A DNA stretch of 32,000 nt, from contig NZ_LT934425.1 of assembly GCF_900232105.1 (NCBI RefSeq), positions 750,001-782,000 of the forward strand, written 5' to 3'. Made by a program: the position numbers and the translations under genes. The notes under the pieces were generated by a model. That model was given only the letters and a program-made list of their open reading frames with translations, did no database searches and had not been told where the DNA came from. Source of the DNA: Candidatus Kuenenia stuttgartensis (GTDB lineage: Bacteria > Planctomycetota > Brocadiia > Brocadiales > Brocadiaceae). Shown piece by piece: positions 27,014-32,000 of this stretch. Positions within the stretch are counted from its first letter, which is position 1, and the number at the start of each line of letters is the position of its first letter.

Positions 27014-28615
27014 TTATACAGATGACATCCTGTATTTTTTTCTCAACTTGTTACGCACTATTATTGCCGTAATATTTAATACCAGCACGCTAAATAGTAA
27101 TGCAAGGGTTGTGGTATATACCATGGGAATTGCAGCCTCGACATTTGGCGACTGAAACCCTACATCGTAAATGTGGAAACCCAGATGCATAAATTTTCTT
27201 TCTAAATGAAGAAAAGGAAAATGATGGTCTATGGGGAGAGAAGGTGCAAGTTTCACAACACCCGTAATCATAAGCGGTGCAACCTCTCCCGCTGCCCTAG
27301 CCATTGCCAGAATAGTACCGGTAAGTATGCCCGGGGCGGCCTGGGGAAGCACAACCCGCCATAACGTTTCAAATTTTGTTGCGCCAAGGGCGTAAGAACC
27401 TTCCCTTATCGATCCGGGCACGGAAGACAGCCCCTCTTCCGTAGAAACGACCACTACCGGCACCGTTAATAATGCCAACGTAAGCGCTGCCCACAAAATA
27501 CCGCCCGTTCCAAACGTAGGGGACGGCAATGCAGATTTAAAAAACACATTGTCAATAGTACCCCCTATTAAATAGATAAAAAAGCCAAGCCCGAATACCC
27601 CGAAAACAATTGAGGGAACACCTGCCAGATTGTTGACCGAGATGCGTACTATCCGTGAAATAAAATTATCACCGGCATATTCTTTCAGATAGACTGCCGT
27701 CAATACTCCAAGGGGAACGACGGCAATACTCATGATAAATACCATCATGACCGTACCAAATATTGCAGGGAATATCCCCCCTTCCGTATTGGCCTCCCTT
27801 GGTTCATCGGCAATAAACTCCCACAATTTTGTCAGATAAAAACCTGTTTTTGCGAATACATGCATCGAATTGGGTGTGTACATACGTACTACCTGAAAAA
27901 CAGGAAGTATTTTTTCTTCTCCACCGGCAAGACGTATGATGAATTCTTTCTCTCTTGCCTTTTGGTAAAGGTTTGAAAGCAAGGCCTCCTTTTCGCGATA
28001 TATTTTCTCAAGGGCGTCAATTTTTATTTTGACGCCATCCATTTTTTTTTGAACTATATCAGACGGCGGCAGCGACTGTAATTGTTTTACGATAATTCGT
28101 TTTTTTTCCATCTGATAGTTAATGTCGCCAATTTCCTTTTTTTCGAGCCGCCTTATTTTTTTGAAAAGTTTTTTATTTTCGTTTATAAACCCCATTGCCC
28201 CTTCCGGTTGTATTGCTTCAATCCCGCCGTTCTTTCCTATAATGCCCTGCAAAAACCCATACATATTTCCCCACTCGCGCCTCTCGATGGCAACAGCATC
28301 GGCGGGATATTCCAGTAAAACTATTTTGTCATCATCAATCCATCTGAAATCAAGTCCGTAAATATCACGGTTGCCTATTTTGATCTTTGTCCGGTAACCA
28401 TCTTTTTCGTAGGGAATAGGCTCTTTTTTTGCCACCTCCCCTAAAACCGTTGTCCCGTCTTTGAGATGAAAATGAACAATGGTATGCGGCCAAAATATAC
28501 CAAGCCCTTTTATCATAATAAGCGTAATCAGCCCGCAAACCATCAAAAGGCATATGGTCAGAGAGCTTGCGGTTAACCACACATATGGATCACCTGACTT
28601 TAAAAACTTTTTCAT
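27014..28615 (-). CDS. pstA: Phosphate ABC transporter permease PstA with extended N-terminal domain
   Basis: 533 aa; permease core GVLTAVYLKEYAGDNFISRIVRISVNNLAGVPSIVFGVFG, EGLSSVPGSIREGSYALGATKFETLWRVVLPQAAPGILTG. Confidence 0.94.
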   Translation of the reverse strand: MKKFLKSGDPYVWLTASSLTICLLMVCGLITLIMIKGLGIFWPHTIVHFHLKDGTTVLGEVAKKEPIPYEKDGYRTKIKIGNRDIYGLDFRWIDDDKIVLLEYPADAVAIERREWGNMYGFLQGIIGKNGGIEAIQPEGAMGFINENKKLFKKIRRLEKKEIGDINYQMEKKRIIVKQLQSLPPSDIVQKKMDGVKIKIDALEKIYREKEALLSNLYQKAREKEFIIRLAGGEEKILPVFQVVRMYTPNSMHVFAKTGFYLTKLWEFIADEPREANTEGGIFPAIFGTVMMVFIMSIAVVPLGVLTAVYLKEYAGDNFISRIVRISVNNLAGVPSIVFGVFGLGFFIYLIGGTIDNVFFKSALPSPTFGTGGILWAALTLALLTVPVVVVSTEEGLSSVPGSIREGSYALGATKFETLWRVVLPQAAPGILTGTILAMARAAGEVAPLMITGVVKLAPSLPIDHHFPFLHLERKFMHLGFHIYDVGFQSPNVEAAIPMVYTTTLALLFSVLVLNITAIIVRNKLRKKYRMSSV

Positions 28616-30876
28616 AGTTTACTGTATTTTTTCTTCATCTTTTGCCGGACTACTTCGGCAAGGGTGTTAACAATAAATGTTGTCACAAAAAGCAGAAGTG
28701 ATGCAAGAAAAAGCACCCGGTAAAGAGTTCCGCCAAACGGCGCTTCGGGTATTTCCACGGCAATATTTGCAGCCAATGCCCTGAATCCGCTGAAAAGATT
28801 CCAGTCCATCACAGGGGTATTACCCGTTGCCATAAGCACGATCATGGTTTCCCCCACTGCCCTCCCAAAACCGATCATAACTGCAGAAAAAATAGCCGGG
28901 CTTGCGGTGGGGAGCACAATCTTCATCGCGGTTTGCCACGGTGTAGCGCCAAGTGCCAAAGAAGCGAAAATAAGGCTTCCGGGAACATTGCTCATGGCAT
29001 CTTCTGATATGGTAAAAACAAGCGGTATCACCGCAAATCCCATGGCAAACCCTACTACAACTGCATTTCTCTGGTCATAATGCAGCCCTAAAACATGTAA
29101 TAACCACTGCCGGTAATCTCCTCCAAAAGCAAACGATTCAAATACCCCCGAAAGGCAAATAGATCCAAAAATTGCGCTGATGATAAATGGTATCAAAAAT
29201 ACCAATTCCACGCCATGTTTGTATTTACTTTTGCAGAATAGAGGAGTCACCTTCCAGATAATCATCGCGGCAGAAATGGAAAGTACAATGAAAAATGGCA
29301 TAATTACCAAAGCCGGAAAGATTTTTTCAATTAACGGAGCAAGCCATAATCCTGCGAGAAAACCCAGAATCACACTGGGAAGTGCCGCCATTAATTCAAT
29401 AACAGGCTTGATTACCTTTAAAGACCGGTGGAGAAATTGCGAAGTATAGAGCGCCCCGAATATGCCGATTGGCACGGCAATAAGCAGCGCATACACCGTG
29501 CCTTTGATCGTACCGAAGATTAAAGGAATCAGGCTGAACTTTGGCTCAAAATCGTCCGTACCGCCGGTTGATTGCCATATGTATTCAGGTTTTTCGTATC
29601 CCTCATACCATACCTTGCCAAACAGTGTCTTTAATGTAGTTTCAGGATGCGGGTTAGAAATGTTCCACAAATATAATGCGCCTGATGCATCGGCTGCCAG
29701 GATGCCGTTTGCCTTTTGAGAGAAGGCAAGTGCGGTTACAGGAGAAGACGTTTTCACATTTAACAATGTTTGTTCTGATGTGGCGTGGCGGAGAAGTACC
29801 AAACCGTTTGAATCGGCAGTAACAAAACCCTTGTCTCTCACAGACCCGGCAATAGCCACTACCGGGGCGTTATGGGATTGAAACGTATGTATTTTTTTCA
29901 GCGACCATCCCGAGAGAGACAATGCATCTCTCACCTTCATCCAGGAGGAAACTTTGCCTTCTGAGTCGCCAATCACCAGTGAAATATCGCCCAACAAAAA
30001 CCTCATTGCGGAGACGACGCTGCCGGAAACCTTTACCCGTTCCAAAACTACGGGTTCCTCTTTCTCCCTTATGTCAATACATATTACCTCCCCTGAATCT
30101 GTGCCGACATAAAGATTATCCATAAAAATGTCAAGGGCAAGGGCAGTTATGGCAATCGTCCCTTCCCGCAGTGGCTGTTCCGTCTGATTATGTATAAAAG
30201 GGGTAATTCTACGTAACGATTTTTTAATGAGGCGGGTAATATCCTGGCATAAATCCCTCTTTTCCCCTTCTCCAAAAAGAGAGGTCTCTATTATTGAAGA
30301 AAGCAGCAACAACCGGCCATCGTCAGTATGTACCGCAGTAACACTTGTTTCTTCATCCTCCCGCGAAACAATGTGTTTCACTGCAAAAGGCAAAGAATCG
30401 CCTTCTTCATTCGTATGAATCGCTTTACGCGAAGAAATTACCGGGGATATTATCCGTTTTCCGTTTTCAAACGATTGGGTAAAACCAATGGAAACCGTTA
30501 AAATTCTCCCGTCATCCATTCCCATAACATGATGGTCTTTATATTTGTCAACCGATGTGATATGCGCGTTACCAATCCCGGGAAGATCGTGTTTCCTGAT
30601 AATACTGCCGTCCCGCAGCGAGACAAATTCTGTTTTGCCATTATTATACACGACATACGCAATCTCCAGATGTTCATCAGCGCCAATACAAACCGCCGCC
30701 TTACGAATGGCAAATGTATTTTCTTTTACAACCTTCGCTCCTTTTAAAAGGGGAAGGACTTCCATGAAGATAAAGACAAAGAGGGCAAGTATTACAAATA
30801 TGGTGGCTACACCGCTGCATGTGATCATCCAGCGGGCAGTTTTGTCGGTAAGTTTTCTGCTTTTCAGGCTTTTCAT
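28612..30876 (-). CDS. pstC: Phosphate ABC transporter permease PstC with a large N-terminal WD40/propeller-like insertion
   Basis: 754 aa; permease core FGTIKGTVYALLIAVPIGIFGALYTSQFL, ALPSVILGFLAGLWLAP, ALGATPWQTAMKIVLPTASPAIFSAVMIGFGRAVGETMIVLMATGNTP; N-terminal repeats such as VTSPVTALAFSQKANGILAADASGALYLWNIS. Overlaps pstA by 4 nt. Confidence 0.93.
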   Translation of the reverse strand: MKSLKSRKLTDKTARWMITCSGVATIFVILALFVFIFMEVLPLLKGAKVVKENTFAIRKAAVCIGADEHLEIAYVVYNNGKTEFVSLRDGSIIRKHDLPGIGNAHITSVDKYKDHHVMGMDDGRILTVSIGFTQSFENGKRIISPVISSRKAIHTNEEGDSLPFAVKHIVSREDEETSVTAVHTDDGRLLLLSSIIETSLFGEGEKRDLCQDITRLIKKSLRRITPFIHNQTEQPLREGTIAITALALDIFMDNLYVGTDSGEVICIDIREKEEPVVLERVKVSGSVVSAMRFLLGDISLVIGDSEGKVSSWMKVRDALSLSGWSLKKIHTFQSHNAPVVAIAGSVRDKGFVTADSNGLVLLRHATSEQTLLNVKTSSPVTALAFSQKANGILAADASGALYLWNISNPHPETTLKTLFGKVWYEGYEKPEYIWQSTGGTDDFEPKFSLIPLIFGTIKGTVYALLIAVPIGIFGALYTSQFLHRSLKVIKPVIELMAALPSVILGFLAGLWLAPLIEKIFPALVIMPFFIVLSISAAMIIWKVTPLFCKSKYKHGVELVFLIPFIISAIFGSICLSGVFESFAFGGDYRQWLLHVLGLHYDQRNAVVVGFAMGFAVIPLVFTISEDAMSNVPGSLIFASLALGATPWQTAMKIVLPTASPAIFSAVMIGFGRAVGETMIVLMATGNTPVMDWNLFSGFRALAANIAVEIPEAPFGGTLYRVLFLASLLLFVTTFIVNTLAEVVRQKMKKKYSKL

Positions 30877-31007
30877 ATGCGAACAAACAGTGCGGTCTAA
30901 AAGAAAACCACCCCTCTTCCCTAATTTTCAGTTTCTTAGGAATACAAAGGGGTGATTATTAAAACAATTTGATTGAATGCAGATATTGAGAATCGCAATG
31001 ATGGATG

Positions 31008-31979
31008 CTATTCTATTTTTTTCAGTTCTTTTTCCACAACTGACGACGGCAATGGCATATATCCATCTTTTATCACTATTTGCTGGCCCTCATTGCTCAG
31101 GATAAATCTGACAAATTCTCGAATCAGAGGGTCAAGAGGCTGCCCCGGTTTTTTGTTAATATAGATATAGAGAAATCGTGCAAGGGGATAAGAACCGTTC
31201 AGCACGTTCTCTGATTTTGCCTCTACAAAATGCCTTCCCTCTTTCAACGCAACAGGCACGGTTTTGATACCCGATGTCTGATATCCTATACCGCTATATC
31301 CGATGCTATAACGGTCTTCAGTAATCCCCTGAACCACAGAGGCAGAACCAGGCTGTTCTTTTACCGTATTTTTAAAATCTCCTTTAAAAAGTGCATGTTC
31401 CTTGAAATAACCGTAGGTGCCGGAAGCGGAATTGCGCCCATAAAGACTTATCGGTTTTGACGCCCAATCTGCCGTCAGCCCAAGTTGTCCCCAGGTCTTA
31501 ATATCTTCTTTATATCCGCCTCTTCTGGTACTTGAAAAAATCGCGTCTATCTGCGGCAGGCTCAGGCCTTTTATAGGATTATCCTTGTTTACATATACCG
31601 CCAATGCATCGAGCGCTGTTCTTATTTCTGTTGGTTTGTAACCATACTTTTTTTCAAATGCATCGATTTCCGTTGGTTTCATAGCCCTGCTCATCGGGCC
31701 AATCTGTGCTGTCCCTGAAATCAGCGCAGGAGGCGCTGTTGTAGACCCTTTGCCTTCAATCTGTACCTTCACGTTGGGGTATAACCTATTGAAACCCTCT
31801 GCCCAAAACGTCATGAGGTTATTCATGGTATCAGAACCGATGCTGTTCAGATTTCCCGAGACACCGCCTATCTTTGCATAGGATTTAATCTCCGGTTCAG
31901 CCGTTAATGGTTCTTCGGCATAGGCCGCACCTATTATTCCCCAACTTGCAATAGTTAACAATAACAATAATTTTTTCAT
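31008..31979 (-). CDS. pstS: Phosphate ABC transporter substrate-binding protein PstS
   Basis: Signal [21 protein letters not shown]; [52 protein letters not shown]; GYSGIGYQT; [14 protein letters not shown]. The supplied ORF extends to 31991. Confidence 0.93.
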   Translation of the reverse strand: MKKLLLLLTIASWGIIGAAYAEEPLTAEPEIKSYAKIGGVSGNLNSIGSDTMNNLMTFWAEGFNRLYPNVKVQIEGKGSTTAPPALISGTAQIGPMSRAMKPTEIDAFEKKYGYKPTEIRTALDALAVYVNKDNPIKGLSLPQIDAIFSSTRRGGYKEDIKTWGQLGLTADWASKPISLYGRNSASGTYGYFKEHALFKGDFKNTVKEQPGSASVVQGITEDRYSIGYSGIGYQTSGIKTVPVALKEGRHFVEAKSENVLNGSYPLARFLYIYINKKPGQPLDPLIREFVRFILSNEGQQIVIKDGYMPLPSSVVEKELKKIE

Positions 31980-32000
31980 CATTATAATCATTCCTCCTTA

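Overview
A 32 kb, moderate-GC bacterial window. Gene content (SBBP propeller protein, small c-type cytochrome, large bat operon) is compatible with an anammox-type planctomycete, but that assignment is inference. From left to right: the 3' part of an SBBP beta-propeller protein cut by the window edge; tRNA-Pro(UGG) on the minus strand; a small zinc-finger-like protein; rtcA; a small secreted c-type cytochrome; a long plus-strand moxR/bat-type operon (MoxR ATPase, DUF58, BatD/DUF4381-like, an unassigned 171-aa protein, two VWA proteins, Gln-rich TPR protein, BatD, TPR/SH3 protein); a repeat-rich intergenic zone with a decayed antitoxin-like gene; a 797-aa PDZ protein with about ten Gly/Asp-rich repeats; an HD-GYP response regulator; a toxin-antitoxin pair whose RelE/ParE-like toxin has an in-frame TGA; a 1115-aa multidomain hybrid sensor kinase; a DUF362/ferredoxin protein; and a minus-strand pstS-pstC-pstA-pstB-phoU cluster. 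I see no CRISPR array and no intact transposase. The least explained signals are a set of nested palindromic intergenic elements (two share a core AACCCTG-A/T-CAGGGTT palindrome inside outer inverted arms), the two damaged toxin/antitoxin loci, the repeat-rich PDZ protein, and the unusual kinase with a Rossmann-like N-terminus and a degenerate GGDEF domain. I found no clearly new defence or mobile system.
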